A stretch of 62,119 nucleotides of DNA, filler included, from Barthelona sp. PAP020 (taxonomy: Eukaryota): NCBI GenBank assembly GCA_040182905.1. It is 5 parts of 5 records of this genome, joined end to end, with 100 filler letters (N's around TTAATTAATTAA, not from the genome) between each part and the next. Parts side by side here need not be neighbours in the genome. Positions count along the whole stretch, not along the records: positions 37,527 to 49,837 come from JARQWU010000349.1; positions 49,938 to 62,119 come from JARQWU010000350.1; 3 more parts are not named here. One strand, given 5' to 3'. Each line of letters opens with the position of its first letter. Positions within the stretch are counted from its first letter, which is position 1. Positions 44,401 through 54,760 of the stretch are shown here, one piece after another. Below the pieces are notes generated by a model that saw only the letters and a list, made by a program, of their open reading frames with translations, had not been told where the DNA came from and searched no databases. Both the position numbers and the translations under genes were made by a program.

Positions 44401-47400
44401 GTCTGTAAGGCTCTACTTTTAGTTATTTTTATGATATTTACTTGAATATCCACAGTTTTCTTTTGACCCATTTTTTCCACATAATTGTTCCAAAGTGTTT
44501 TCTTTTCTCCTAAAGAACTCAAATCGGACTGTAATTGAAGGTTAAACATTTCTAAATCGTAACTTTTCTTTGATAGATATTTGTTCTTTTGTAATAATTC
44601 TTCTTTTATATTGTTTAATTGATCAATATCCTTTTCATATTTTTGTTTATTCTCAATTCTACGACAACGTTCCTCATTCAAACTATCTCTGACAGAAGCA
44701 ATCGTATTATTCAATCGATCACGATCTATACAAACTTCTTCGTAAAGGTGAGTTAGATTTATGTATTCAACACCAGTTTTAGAAAAGTTTTCTTCATTTA
44801 AAAATTTGTTACCAAGTTCTATTTCATCATATCTAATCAATTCCAATTGCATCATCAATTGATGAATACGATTGTCTTTGGAATGAATTTCAGTAACATA
44901 GTCCTCAATTTCAAGGTCAACGTTTAATAACTGCTGTTTCAACCGTTCATTTTGGGAAAAATTTTTGTTTGTTTGATCTAAAAGTACTCTAATACGATCA
45001 GTTAATTTCATAATCTTTGCTTGACTGTTCTTATTCAGACGTAAAAAGCCACTCTTTAATGACAATTTCTCGTCTTTCAAATTATTAATTGTATTCAACA
45101 ATTTAGTCTTTTCCTTGGAATTTTCCATCGAAAGTTTATCTTTTTGTTGATTTAATTGATGTTTTAATACATTTGAATGCTCAAATTTCAGGGAATTCAT
45201 CTCTTCTTTATGCAATTCAACAATATCATCATACTTTTCTTTTAATGACAGATATGTTATTTGTAGATTCTCTCTATTTTCTGTCGAAATCTTAACTTCA
45301 TCAATATTCTCAAAATTCAAATCAATACCATTTAAATCAATCTCTAGCCGATCAAGCACACTCTTCATTTTTTGATTTTCTTGCAAAAGTTTATCTTTCT
45401 CTTCATTAACCACAGAAAAATCATTTTCCAATAAGAAGTACCGTTTTTCCAAAATGCTAATGTTTTGTTGATGTTGTGTTTCTTCCAAAGAACCTTCACT
45501 GTCTAACTGTGAACCTTTCAATTGATTTTCATTCAAAGCACTAACTCCAAAGTCCATTTCAAAATTAAACATAGTTTGAAGTTCAATCGTTTTCCTATCA
45601 ATCGTATCAGTTTGAACTTCAACATCACAATAATTAATATGTTCCATCATTTCCCCTTCATCTTCCGTATCTGATGTATCATCATCATTAACACCATATA
45701 AAGATTCTCTTGTAAGTTTTCCTGAATCCATCATTTTGGCACTTTCCTTTGATATAAATTTAGAATGTGAAGATAACGCAGGTGAATCAATCAAAGAGGA
45801 TTTCAATTTTGTGGGTAGTTCAGAAGAAATAAGCTTGAACTTCTGAATTTCAATATTCTCAACTTGTATATCATCATCAGAAGATGAATCTTCACTTAAA
45901 ATCCTTCTAGGAGTAACAGGAGTGCTTGTACTAACGATTTCAGGCAAGTCAATATTTGAATGCATCTTCGATAGTGATGACATAACATTGTCAACATCTG
46001 ATTGAGTTTTTCCAATCACAAACGAGCTACTGTTAACTCTTTTTTTAATCAATCCATCGTGTATTGATTTTCCATCAGATTTAGAAGCAGAATTATCATG
46101 ATTTGAAGACAATACGGTTTTTAGAGTCGGTAATTTGCTTGTACTTTTACTCTTTGAGTCTTTCAAACTGTGAGATTTGGAAGATTTGCGCTTGTTTGGA
46201 CTTTTTTTTCTTTCAGATTCCTTCCTTGATTTGTCTACAATATGTTTTTGCATATCTAAATATTTAATATCTATTTTCAATTTATCGCGTTCCTTTGTCA
46301 TATTTCTCAAATTTTTTCTCAAATTATCAAGTTCATCTTGAGCTTCCAGTAATTTTGAATTTAAATTTTGACGTGTCTCTTTATTGGAATCCTTTAAATC
46401 TTGAATCTCATTTTTAAACCGTTCAATCAACTCAAAATTTCTTTGTTTATTCTCAATATCATTCATTAAAACCAACTCTCTCTTTTCATTGGTTAAATGT
46501 TCAATTTGTCGACATATTAGATCAAATTCATCTTTACGTACCCATTCTCCCTTACGAATATTCTCTCCATCAATATTCAAACTGTTATAACTTTCCAATT
46601 TAACAGGATTATCCCACTGTGATAAAGCCTTAACTTCAGTTGATACCAAAGAATTAATATTTCTCAAAGCCTTCTTTTCAGCATCAATCTTTTCATAGTA
46701 TTCTCTTTCCAATTTATTTTTATATCTGCTAAATCTTGTTTGAACTTCTTTCTCCACTTTTTTGGCAAAATCTTCCCACAGACTATCTTCTAAGGATTTT
46801 GCCACAACGGAAGATCTTCTCAAACTCTTAACCATCCCTCTTTGTAAAACAAACCCAAACTCCTCTGGTTCATTGGTCTCATCATACTCCATGGGAATAT
46901 AGTCTGGTTTAAGTAATGAATTATTCATTGAAGCAGTAGAAACTGACATATTTTCATAAGACAAATCCATTTTCCCATCATTTGAAAGTACAGTTGATTG
47001 AACGCTTCCAACACGCGTTAATCGTTCTTCCTGTTCTTCTAACAATTTTTCCCTTGAATTTAACTGACTTTTCAATCGTCTTAATGTTTGATCATCTTCT
47101 TTCTGCATGATTCTCAAATCTTTGCATACAATTCTCAAGTCCTCATTTTGTTTTTCCAAAATTTCAATGGTTTTCTGAGATTCAGTTGCTAACTTATTCA
47201 ATCCATCTCTATCACGTTTTAAAGCATTCAACACATTAATCTTGTCACTGTTTAACTCTCGTAATTCCATCACTTCCCGTATGAGTGTTCGATTATGACT
47301 TTGGATTGATTCAATTGACATTTCCATCGTTCTTAACGAATCTTCCAACGTATTGTTTTTAAAATTCAAGAAACTTACTTCTGACTCTTTGATCTTTAAC

Positions 47401-48560
47401 ATTGCTTCCAATTCACCACGTTCATATTGCTTCTTTGTCAATTCTACAGATAAAGCAATATTTTGACTGTAATTAACATTGAGTTTATTTGAAAGATATT
47501 TAACAAACATCAACTTAGCATTGGTTTCAATAGCTTTTTGATTCATTTCATCATTAAGATCTTGAAAACTGTTTAAATATGACGTTTCAGTAATCAGTTT
47601 ACGTTTTTGCAAATCTAGCTTTTCAAGCATATTATTAAAAAGTCCAAGAACATTGATTTCGTGTTGAGTTAATTTTGTCTCTTCAATACAATGCCCATCT
47701 AAATCTTTCTTCACATTTTCAATTATTTGACTATCTGTCAATCCACCAACATGATAAGAAGTTCCTTCCCTATCTTTGAAATCCAACAACGCAAAAAACC
47801 AATTAGCAGCATCTTCTGGGGATTTAAAGGTTTGAGAGGTTTCAGCAGAACGCAATATTTCCAAATCTGATGTATCTACACCTGCATTTATCTTCTGTTG
47901 CATCCGTAAACTTCGCTTATAAGCTTCATTGGCTTTATATGCAGAATATAAATCCCCAAATGAATTTCGTCGAACTGGAGGCGCTCCAAGCACCTTATTT
48001 CCAACTAAATCTTCTTTCCAATTTTTAAATAGTTGGGGATTTTTTAAAGCCTTCCAAAACTTAGTTGAATACTGGAATTGCTCCTTTTTAAATAATTGAA
48101 TGTTCGATATGGTTTGGTTAATCATATTTTCCCGAGTTAAAATATTCCTAGTATCCAAATCACAAAACTTATCCAATAAATCAGCAATTGTTGCCTCTTT
48201 ACCCGGGTCTTCCTCATCACTATCGATTTCGACCGGTAATATTTCATTTTGAATTTTCAGAATATTATCTTTGTCTTGTGAATTTTGAGTCTTGTCAAAG
48301 ATCTCCCCTTTTTTAAAACGTCGATTCGCAAAAGAAGATAGTGAAGGCACGCTTGACAATGTCACCATACCATTGGAAGCTAATTTTTGGTCTTCCTTCC
48401 TTTTATCTTCCAACTTCTTTTTGATTTTCTTAAGACTGGGTTTTCTTTTATATTCTTGCACTTCATTCTTTTTTAGAAGTCCAGAACTAATTAATAAATC
48501 ATTGACTCTTTCATTGTTGTTTGTAATTTGGTATTCTTGATTTTGTGGACTATTAAACAT
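41403..48560 (-). CDS. 2385-aa coiled-coil protein with EF-hand-like loop and TSNAXIP1-like C-terminal region
   Basis: Long uninterrupted ORF; heptad regions; DPNQDGSISILE; FLLNYF...AYNY...LILGSIPPESY segment. Confidence 0.6.
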   Translation of the reverse strand: MFNSPQNQEYQITNNNERVNDLLISSGLLKKNEVQEYKRKPSLKKIKKKLEDKRKEDQKLASNGMVTLSSVPSLSSFANRRFKKGEIFDKTQNSQDKDNILKIQNEILPVEIDSDEEDPGKEATIADLLDKFCDLDTRNILTRENMINQTISNIQLFKKEQFQYSTKFWKALKNPQLFKNWKEDLVGNKVLGAPPVRRNSFGDLYSAYKANEAYKRSLRMQQKINAGVDTSDLEILRSAETSQTFKSPEDAANWFFALLDFKDREGTSYHVGGLTDSQIIENVKKDLDGHCIEETKLTQHEINVLGLFNNMLEKLDLQKRKLITETSYLNSFQDLNDEMNQKAIETNAKLMFVKYLSNKLNVNYSQNIALSVELTKKQYERGELEAMLKIKESEVSFLNFKNNTLEDSLRTMEMSIESIQSHNRTLIREVMELRELNSDKINVLNALKRDRDGLNKLATESQKTIEILEKQNEDLRIVCKDLRIMQKEDDQTLRRLKSQLNSREKLLEEQEERLTRVGSVQSTVLSNDGKMDLSYENMSVSTASMNNSLLKPDYIPMEYDETNEPEEFGFVLQRGMVKSLRRSSVVAKSLEDSLWEDFAKKVEKEVQTRFSRYKNKLEREYYEKIDAEKKALRNINSLVSTEVKALSQWDNPVKLESYNSLNIDGENIRKGEWVRKDEFDLICRQIEHLTNEKRELVLMNDIENKQRNFELIERFKNEIQDLKDSNKETRQNLNSKLLEAQDELDNLRKNLRNMTKERDKLKIDIKYLDMQKHIVDKSRKESERKKSPNKRKSSKSHSLKDSKSKSTSKLPTLKTVLSSNHDNSASKSDGKSIHDGLIKKRVNSSSFVIGKTQSDVDNVMSSLSKMHSNIDLPEIVSTSTPVTPRRILSEDSSSDDDIQVENIEIQKFKLISSELPTKLKSSLIDSPALSSHSKFISKESAKMMDSGKLTRESLYGVNDDDTSDTEDEGEMMEHINYCDVEVQTDTIDRKTIELQTMFNFEMDFGVSALNENQLKGSQLDSEGSLEETQHQQNISILEKRYFLLENDFSVVNEEKDKLLQENQKMKSVLDRLEIDLNGIDLNFENIDEVKISTENRENLQITYLSLKEKYDDIVELHKEEMNSLKFEHSNVLKHQLNQQKDKLSMENSKEKTKLLNTINNLKDEKLSLKSGFLRLNKNSQAKIMKLTDRIRVLLDQTNKNFSQNERLKQQLLNVDLEIEDYVTEIHSKDNRIHQLMMQLELIRYDEIELGNKFLNEENFSKTGVEYINLTHLYEEVCIDRDRLNNTIASVRDSLNEERCRRIENKQKYEKDIDQLNNIKEELLQKNKYLSKKSYDLEMFNLQLQSDLSSLGEKKTLWNNYVEKMGQKKTVDIQVNIIKITKSRALQTIQTYKDSNQHFDFDNAGSTPSISGGNTNLLDSFSTTPSLNPQSMTRRSSVASSINNDGISRMNSDFSDQSQTLSMLLGSQIRINDSFEKVPQYLATLNVNPDSSVQRKINPIVEPEIGQTEWEKLREKEKKELELTKKEMNNCKRQALISQTQLQESNSRVQKLENELKTVSKKYKKMLSKTLEESALEAKKMLLMEQIGDLKEQIDKLSDKKTELSHQIDSLDGIALGSIKTDIMKGQEEMAKLKKRKFDLEKEIKRLELKKKEVKTKKVTNKTHSNAVHSDKFYTSNSIASGESTNRNTNSNYIYNSSSNTVNSMLLQHKQTPGTPGTPGTPNTLGNMNNICRSNDFSTPNSKKISDKRLKNTLSSHASLISQNSTVSDEHFIGEKFIRVGSMVLTDSVLELIDQHQHKSSTGDTSSNQELNDSPFRYHIQTPTTLSNVPVLDTNSVPNDGVQDSIYKKAVHGVKLQPLNVTPNSMMKNQQQLQVPYRERSVVQKHTISTQMTDPVHDIPQMLQKLVNNLTTEDLIVKFDPNQDGSISILEVLLQLKQYFRLNQSERLIDSLTPRMNLKHMVSLEKFEDFANNGDNQQKLPLMYQIVGLKLMKNGAIQSLKYTEDVSRILIDEFEITILKCLNDQSLESFVMSENRIKNFSEFLLNYFLRNSGLRGRLEAYNYCISLQHHFNFFDLGKIICSLILGSIPPESYFDLIMLRKSCKSLHSQLQNKIRQEQSNLSLKSDHIPINEAGRISELILHNCWIDFSNDVLSLIQRDSYPSNSIHIDKFLWIILKFLPAEKTAINTFSELIFKKYVPTQHISFVEFEIILDEYFQNHVISSDFWTKTESFRVFNLLTQNNSFLLNQGGITLLLNRVHIYVVCKDIQQKPLIETVNINSVKVRILKHLNLYLSTIKNIIYRLKSPLKQEIEKNLNFCLLLIKKPLDSVYDVEQLLSAYCSTLTKIMTVQCSSLKLVPAPPISISGFDSQLKALEELILRFELFLN

Positions 48561-48900
48561 TTCACCTTCTTAAATATATTTTTTAAAACTATACAATTCT
48601 TCTAAAACTAAATTATTAACATCAAACAAATAAAAACAAAATTGAAACTTTTTTAAAATGAACTTTCCTGAATGCTGTTGGTTTATTTGCCTTAATATTA
48701 TTTATTTAAATATAAATTGATTAATTACAAGAAAAAAAAGATGAATGATAAAAAAGAGATATTTCGTAAACCAAATCATTTTTCAATAATCATCGTTGAA
48801 AAATCTTATTGAGTAAATTTTTACAAATATGATGAAATAGTTTGGTATTTTTTGCTGTTTTGATGCTACATAAAAGGATAAACTTCTTTTTTTTTCTTCA

Positions 48901-49551
48901 ATGGATCCAAATTCAAGTAATAGAAATCGATTACCTGTTGAAAATTTATTTGTATTACGATGTGGTCCAAAAACAGCAAATATTCTAAAAACAAAAATTG
49001 AAAATAATGATATGGACGATGTGTCAATTTCATTTCCGGAAGAAAACGATTCCAGACATGGTAATATTGCTATTGAAGATGAAAATTATGAATTTGTCAT
49101 TGCTGATTTACCCACTCATGTTGAAGCTCACAAGACGAGAGATAATATTCATTATTTTAAAACTAATGATTTGTCACAAATGTTAATAATAAAGGATAAT
49201 GAATATTTGGATTCTGATCCAAAAGATTTGGATGTTGAAGAACCTGAAAAAATTGATCCTGAATTGATGGGTTTGAAAAATGAAGAAGCGAGTGAAAAGT
49301 TTGCTGAATCATTGGTTGATTTTAACAAGTATTTATTGAGAGACGGTTTAAGTTTTGCCACAGTGGATATTGTTAAACAAATTTGGAGTCAAGTTTATTT
49401 TGAAAATGGTGAAATCTTACCCTATCCACATTTGGAAGCAATGCTCCGAGCATTATTGTCTGATACCGAAAAAAATATCATGATTCCACTTGATACTGAT
49501 GAAAATGGAGAATATTTACATGATGTAATTATAGAGGTACACAATCCCTAG
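48901..49551 (+). CDS. TAF7: TFIID subunit 7 (TAFII55 N-terminal domain)
   Basis: ENLFVLR and DLPTHVEAHKT...YFKTNDLSQML motifs. Confidence 0.88.
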   Translation: MDPNSSNRNRLPVENLFVLRCGPKTANILKTKIENNDMDDVSISFPEENDSRHGNIAIEDENYEFVIADLPTHVEAHKTRDNIHYFKTNDLSQMLIIKDNEYLDSDPKDLDVEEPEKIDPELMGLKNEEASEKFAESLVDFNKYLLRDGLSFATVDIVKQIWSQVYFENGEILPYPHLEAMLRALLSDTEKNIMIPLDTDENGEYLHDVIIEVHNP

Positions 49552-49735
49552 TCAACAGAAAATGAAAATTGAAAAATAAAATAAAATAAAATAAATTTTT
49601 TTTATTATGATCATATAGATTTGAGTTTGAAAATAATTGCGGTTTTAATAAGGAAGTTATTGAAAATGGAAAATTGGCAAAGGCTTTGTTCAAGGAATGA
49701 TCTGTAAAATATTGGATTTCATTATTATTAAATAT

Positions 49736-49837
49736 TTATTTCCAAGCCAAGAAGCACTGTGCGTATGAGTGAATAAAAAAGAATAGTGTTTATTTGGTTA
49801 AAGGCTTTCGAGGCCCGATTGATCTGTTGAAAAACTT
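49736..49837. repeat. Dispersed repeat A, copy 2 (inverted, runs into contig end)
   Basis: Reverse complement matches 227-328 at 100/102. Confidence 0.93.
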
Positions 49838-49937
49838 NNNNNNNNNNNNNNNNNNNNNNNNNNNNNNNNNNNNNNNNNNNNTTAATTAATTAANNNNNNN
49901 NNNNNNNNNNNNNNNNNNNNNNNNNNNNNNNNNNNNN
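49838..49937. other. Artificial contig-joining spacer
   Basis: Same 44N-TTAATTAATTAA-44N block. Confidence 0.97.
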
Positions 49938-50054
49938 TACCAACCAGTTGATATCAGTTTTGAGTGTTTGCTGTCGTCACTCAATTGGGATGTTTTATGG
50001 AGTCTCTTTACGGAAAAGTTCAATAAAGTCTTATTTCATATTTCTTTTCAATAA
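49938..50054 (+). CDS. Possible 3' end of an unknown gene cut by the contig start
   Basis: 38 open codons from the first base (YQPVDISFECLLSSLNWDVLW...); no recognisable motif. Confidence 0.3.
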   Translation, partial: YQPVDISFECLLSSLNWDVLWSLFTEKFNKVLFHISFQ

Positions 50055-50352
50055 ATATCAAATCACTTTTAAAACTTTCGTTCAATGCAACTTTGGAAAA
50101 AAAAAGGGTTCAAATATAAATTGATTTATGAATTGGGATGCAAACTATGCACCTTCAAAATGAAATGGCAGGATAATTTGCCAAATTTTAATTTGTTTGC
50201 AATTTTGAATCTTCCATGATAGTTGTTGACATTATTTTTGGCAAATTTTAAAACAAAATAAACATAAAAATAAGAGAATACAAAAGGCTTTTACAGATTA
50301 TTAAAAGGGCAATGATGGTAATGATATAATTTATTAAAAAATGGAAAAAAAA

Positions 50353-51190
50353 TTAACGACGAGACATAATTTCCATTAATTTTTGCACACGATCCATTAA
50401 TCCCTCAATTGAATGCACAACCTCTTCATCAGAAGCTTTTCTTTCATGCTCTTCATTCAACAAAGTTGATTTAATCTCAACAAATTCTTCACTCAATTGC
50501 AAGCGCAAACTTTCCTCAGTTTTGGAACACACTTTAAGATCTTCTTGCACATTGTTTTTCAAAATTCTGACTTCACTTTCTCTTTGCAATCTTTCAGTAT
50601 CAAGACGTTCTTGAATACGTTTAATTTCATCACCAACACGACGGTTAACATTTGCCTCTTGTTGAGCTAAAGCAGTACGTTCCGTGTCAAGATTTTCTTG
50701 AATCATTCCCAATCTGGCATTAAAATCATTTTTTAAATCACTTTGAACATTGATTCGTTCTGTCATCTCATTTTCTAAATTATTATCAAAAGAATTTACA
50801 CTTTGAATAAGACTGTCAACATTTGCAGTAATATTACCTAATTTTTCAGCCAATGTAGCTTCAACTTTCAATACAATATTCTTCATTTGTTTTTCAACAA
50901 AAGATTGAAGAGCTTTATCTCCTTCTTGACGATGTCTTATTTCTGATTCAAGATTCTTTTCAATTCTTCCCACACTTTCAATCAAAATCGAATACTTTCT
51001 ATCATCTTCGGAACGACGTTGTTCCATTTGAACTTCAACTTCAGTTTGAAAAGAACCAAAACGTTGAGTAACATTCTGTAATTTTTGAAGTGGTGAATGT
51101 GGCATCGAAGACGAATTCACAGAATGATTCACTACTTATTAGCATTTGTATAAACCATTATGTCCAAATACATTTGGATGGAGAATTCAT
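50353..51190 (-). CDS. SF-assemblin / beta-giardin family protein; exons 51190-51172 and 51131-50353
   Basis: Short SP-rich head plus segmented coil with LESEIRHRQEGDK, ERLQRE, EEHERKASDEEVV; ATG supplied by a 19-nt first exon. Confidence 0.88.
51132..51171 (-). other. Spliceosomal intron, 40 nt
   Basis: GTATTT...tgCTAATaagtAG; removal gives MNSPSKL-NHSVN in frame. Confidence 0.85.
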
Positions 51191-51359
51191 TTTCTTTAAC
51201 AAAAAAAAAAAATTCCGATTTTTGCATTTATAAAAACAATTTAAATAATTCTTTGTAAATTTTAAGATACATAAATAAAATGTGAAGGAGTGAAGATGTG
51301 ATTAATAAATGATTTGTTTCAAAAAAAAATCTTGATGAAAAAAAATTCAAAGAAACTGG

Positions 51360-53264
51360 TTAACAAAATAATTTTGGAATATAATGTGGATTTTTAAATT
51401 CTGTTGAAGTTTTTTGAACCTCCAAAACATGCGAATTTTGTAAAACTTCTTTATTTATGTCTGTAACTCTTTTGAAATCTACTGGGGAGTCACGAATAAG
51501 AGTACTTAATAGGAAAGAATAATTTCTTTGTGTTCTTGATGTTTCGAATAATTCTTGAATTTCTGATAGAATTGAATTTTTTGCACAATGCAAAATTTTT
51601 GGTGGTAAGTAATGAATAAATTCTTTGTTTTGTTCCAATAATTCATCAATATATCTTATTCTCACACTAAAAGACATATCTGACATTTTTGATCTTTCAA
51701 ATTGCTCAGTTTGTTTCATAAGTTCATTGAACCAAAAACTATCACCCCATAAAAGCTGATTTTCAAAGAATTTTTCCAAAGAAACAACATCATCAAGTGT
51801 TTCAGTATCTGAAGAAAAGGTCACAGGTTTTCGATTTTGTGATGGTCGAGTTTTAATAGGTTCCAATCTATCACTACTAATATCTATTGCTTGTGGATCA
51901 ATCAAAAAAGGTTCTTCTTTCAAATTTGAAATATCATAAGGTTTTAATGTGCTTTCATTTCTGGAGCGTTCAAAAGATTCTCTTTCATGATCAAAATCTT
52001 TATGATAATAAAGATTTCCATCGTTAACAAGTTTCTTTGGTTTTGGTGGTAAAGACACATTAATCAAGTTATTATCCAACAGAAAAACATTATAACGTCG
52101 AAGAGCGCCAACAGCTTGTTTTAAAACATTAAAAGGATTTTCATTTGATATGGTGGCTGTGTTACATGCAAAGAAATCTTGATATTGCTCAAATGTCTTA
52201 GTTTCATTCTTTAAATCCTTCATCAGCAAAAATAATACCCCAAATATTCCTTTTTCATATTTTTTCTTCCCAATCAACAACGTATCAAAAAAGTGAATGT
52301 CTAAAATCGAAAAATTGGAAAACTTTGCACTTTCATTGTTAAAAAACTCAATTTCTCTATTGGCTAAATCCTTTAAAGCGTTACATAATGTTATTAAAAT
52401 GTGAAAGGAACAATAAGTGTGAATTTTGCCTTTGAAAAGATAACGTGATCTCAAAGTGACAATAGTATTGATTAGAAACACTTTTTTTGTTGAGGAAAAC
52501 ATTTCTTTTTGAATAACAAAATCATTTAATTCACAACAAATTCGAAAAATTTCAGCAAAAATCATCAAATCATAAATTCCAATATTATTCTCTTTGAATT
52601 TAAGTGTCAATAACCGAAAATAATCAATTTTTAATTTTTCTTCAATGAGGACATTTGTTAAATTACTATTACTAATTCTTCGACAAAAAGATGGATTCTT
52701 TTCCCGAAAAGACTCATAACTTTTTGTTAAAGCAGTTTTATAATCTAGAAATTGTTCGATTTTCCTTTGTTCTAATGGTATTTTTGATTTCAATTCTAAA
52801 TTTGTAATTTGCCGTTTTCTTGCCAAAGATTCAGCATTTTTCTTTTCAATATCATTTTTATGTGATAGTTGGTTCAAATTCTCCATCCGATTTTTCATTT
52901 TATCCTTTTTAATAAAATATTCTTCTTGTTTCTTTCTTAAATATTCATAAATAGTTTGTGGTTTTTTGCCTAATTCACTAGCTTTCGCCATAATTTGATC
53001 AAAAGCAGGTAAAGCCTTTGAAGAATCATACCAAGCTTCTAATATTGTTAAATCCTTTTCTAATAACACTTCATTCATAATTTCTAAATATCCTTTACCA
53101 GGTTTTTCTTTTTTTAATGTTTTTTTCTGGAATTTATATTTCTTAACAAGAGAACTGTATTCAATTTCTAAATCTCTTTGACGTTGAACTTGCTGATTTG
53201 TAACAACACATATTCGTGTCATTTGTTCTTTCAATAACTTCCTTGCACCCTTATACACATTCAT
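51360..53264 (-). CDS. Hypothetical protein with possible degenerate homeodomain-like N-terminal segment
   Basis: 634-aa ORF from first ATG; ILEAWY...LP...ASELGKKPQTIYEYLRKK. Confidence 0.55.
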   Translation of the reverse strand: MNVYKGARKLLKEQMTRICVVTNQQVQRQRDLEIEYSSLVKKYKFQKKTLKKEKPGKGYLEIMNEVLLEKDLTILEAWYDSSKALPAFDQIMAKASELGKKPQTIYEYLRKKQEEYFIKKDKMKNRMENLNQLSHKNDIEKKNAESLARKRQITNLELKSKIPLEQRKIEQFLDYKTALTKSYESFREKNPSFCRRISNSNLTNVLIEEKLKIDYFRLLTLKFKENNIGIYDLMIFAEIFRICCELNDFVIQKEMFSSTKKVFLINTIVTLRSRYLFKGKIHTYCSFHILITLCNALKDLANREIEFFNNESAKFSNFSILDIHFFDTLLIGKKKYEKGIFGVLFLLMKDLKNETKTFEQYQDFFACNTATISNENPFNVLKQAVGALRRYNVFLLDNNLINVSLPPKPKKLVNDGNLYYHKDFDHERESFERSRNESTLKPYDISNLKEEPFLIDPQAIDISSDRLEPIKTRPSQNRKPVTFSSDTETLDDVVSLEKFFENQLLWGDSFWFNELMKQTEQFERSKMSDMSFSVRIRYIDELLEQNKEFIHYLPPKILHCAKNSILSEIQELFETSRTQRNYSFLLSTLIRDSPVDFKRVTDINKEVLQNSHVLEVQKTSTEFKNPHYIPKLFC

Positions 53265-53536
53265 AAGACATAAAATCAATTTTTATTTTTTCTTTAAAAA
53301 TAAAAAATTTTTACGTTTTGTGGACAAATAATAATTCTATTATTTGAAAATAATCCAAGAATTTGTTAAAAACAGACAAAATATTGAAAAATGTTATAAT
53401 ACCTTCTTTTTGATTTTGAGAGTATTTACAAAAGAAATTATTACATAAACTCAAAAAATAATGAATATTTAAATCATAATAAAAAAGTTTTCTTTCAAAC
53501 AAGAATTATTACCAATTTTTTTTTGATCATTATTTC

Positions 53537-54196
53537 ATGCCCGCATCAAGAAGACAACGTAAGACACAAATTAATGCTATTGGAAAAAAAACCAAAGATC
53601 AGAAAAATGATTTGATTGAAAATATTCGTACTTTAGCTGAAACTTACGAAAATATCTATGTTTTAAATGTTCATAACATGAGAAATGTAATTATGAAAGA
53701 AATTAGATTGGAATTACGCAATTCAAGCAGATTTTTATTTGGAAAGAATAAATTGTTTCATGTCGCTTTAGGTAAATCTGTTGAAGAGGAGTTTGACGAT
53801 AATTTACACTTATTAACTGCTGAAATCAAAGGTGATTGCGGAGTTATGTTTACAAATCTTGAACATGAAAAAGTTGTTGAATATTTCAACAACAAGATAG
53901 TCCCTGAATACGCTCGAACTGGTTTTGTTGCCGTACAACGTATTGTGATTCCTGAAGGACCTTTAGAAGGATTTTCACACAATATGGTTGAACAATTCCG
54001 TCGTTTAGGAATGACCGTTCGTATTGAAAAGGGAGTCATATATAATGAGCGTGAAATTGTTCTTTCTGAGCCTGGTGAACCGTTGACTGCCCAACAATCT
54101 GATCTTTTGAAAAAATTCAATGTTCAATCAGCTTTGTTTGAAATTCAATTGTTGTGCAAATGGTCAAAGGGTAACTTCACAAAGCTTGAAAATTAG
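53537..54196 (+). CDS. MRT4: Ribosome assembly factor Mrt4
   Basis: MPASRR start, NMRN, FLFGKNK...ALG, EYARTG, LTAQQSDLLK. Confidence 0.93.
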   Translation: MPASRRQRKTQINAIGKKTKDQKNDLIENIRTLAETYENIYVLNVHNMRNVIMKEIRLELRNSSRFLFGKNKLFHVALGKSVEEEFDDNLHLLTAEIKGDCGVMFTNLEHEKVVEYFNNKIVPEYARTGFVAVQRIVIPEGPLEGFSHNMVEQFRRLGMTVRIEKGVIYNEREIVLSEPGEPLTAQQSDLLKKFNVQSALFEIQLLCKWSKGNFTKLEN

Positions 54197-54760
54197 TCAT
54201 GACATTTCAATGTTAAAGGAAAAAAAATTTTTTTTTTTTAATTCCGGTAAATAAATTAGACTTTTCTTTTGTATCAAAGTCATTTTTCTTCTTTGATGTT
54301 TCTTACTTCAGACTGAAGACAAATCAAAGTCAACAAAGAAAAAAAAAAGGAAAAAAGATAATTATAACCAAATATCAAGAGAATGAATCCTGAAAAACTA
54401 TTTGACTTATTAATTGCACAAGCAATTTCTAATAACTCACTTTCGAATTCTCAAATTTCCCGTTGTTACTTTTTGAAGAGAATTTTCCATTTTAGCAAAC
54501 TTTGGTGGTTAATTCTTTTCAATCTACCTTTGCTAATTTTTCACCAAAATCAAGTCACCTGGCAATTTTTATTTTTGGTTGCAATGTTTAAAAAAAAAAA
54601 AAAAAACTTTGGTTGTTTCACCAGCAAAAATAAAAACAAAGGAAAAATTTTAAAAAAAAAAAAGGTCACAAAACCAATATTTACCCAAAACTCTTTCATC
54701 CAAACAATTTCTATTTTATTATTTTTTTTTTTGTAAAAAAAACCAAATTTTCCAATCTTT

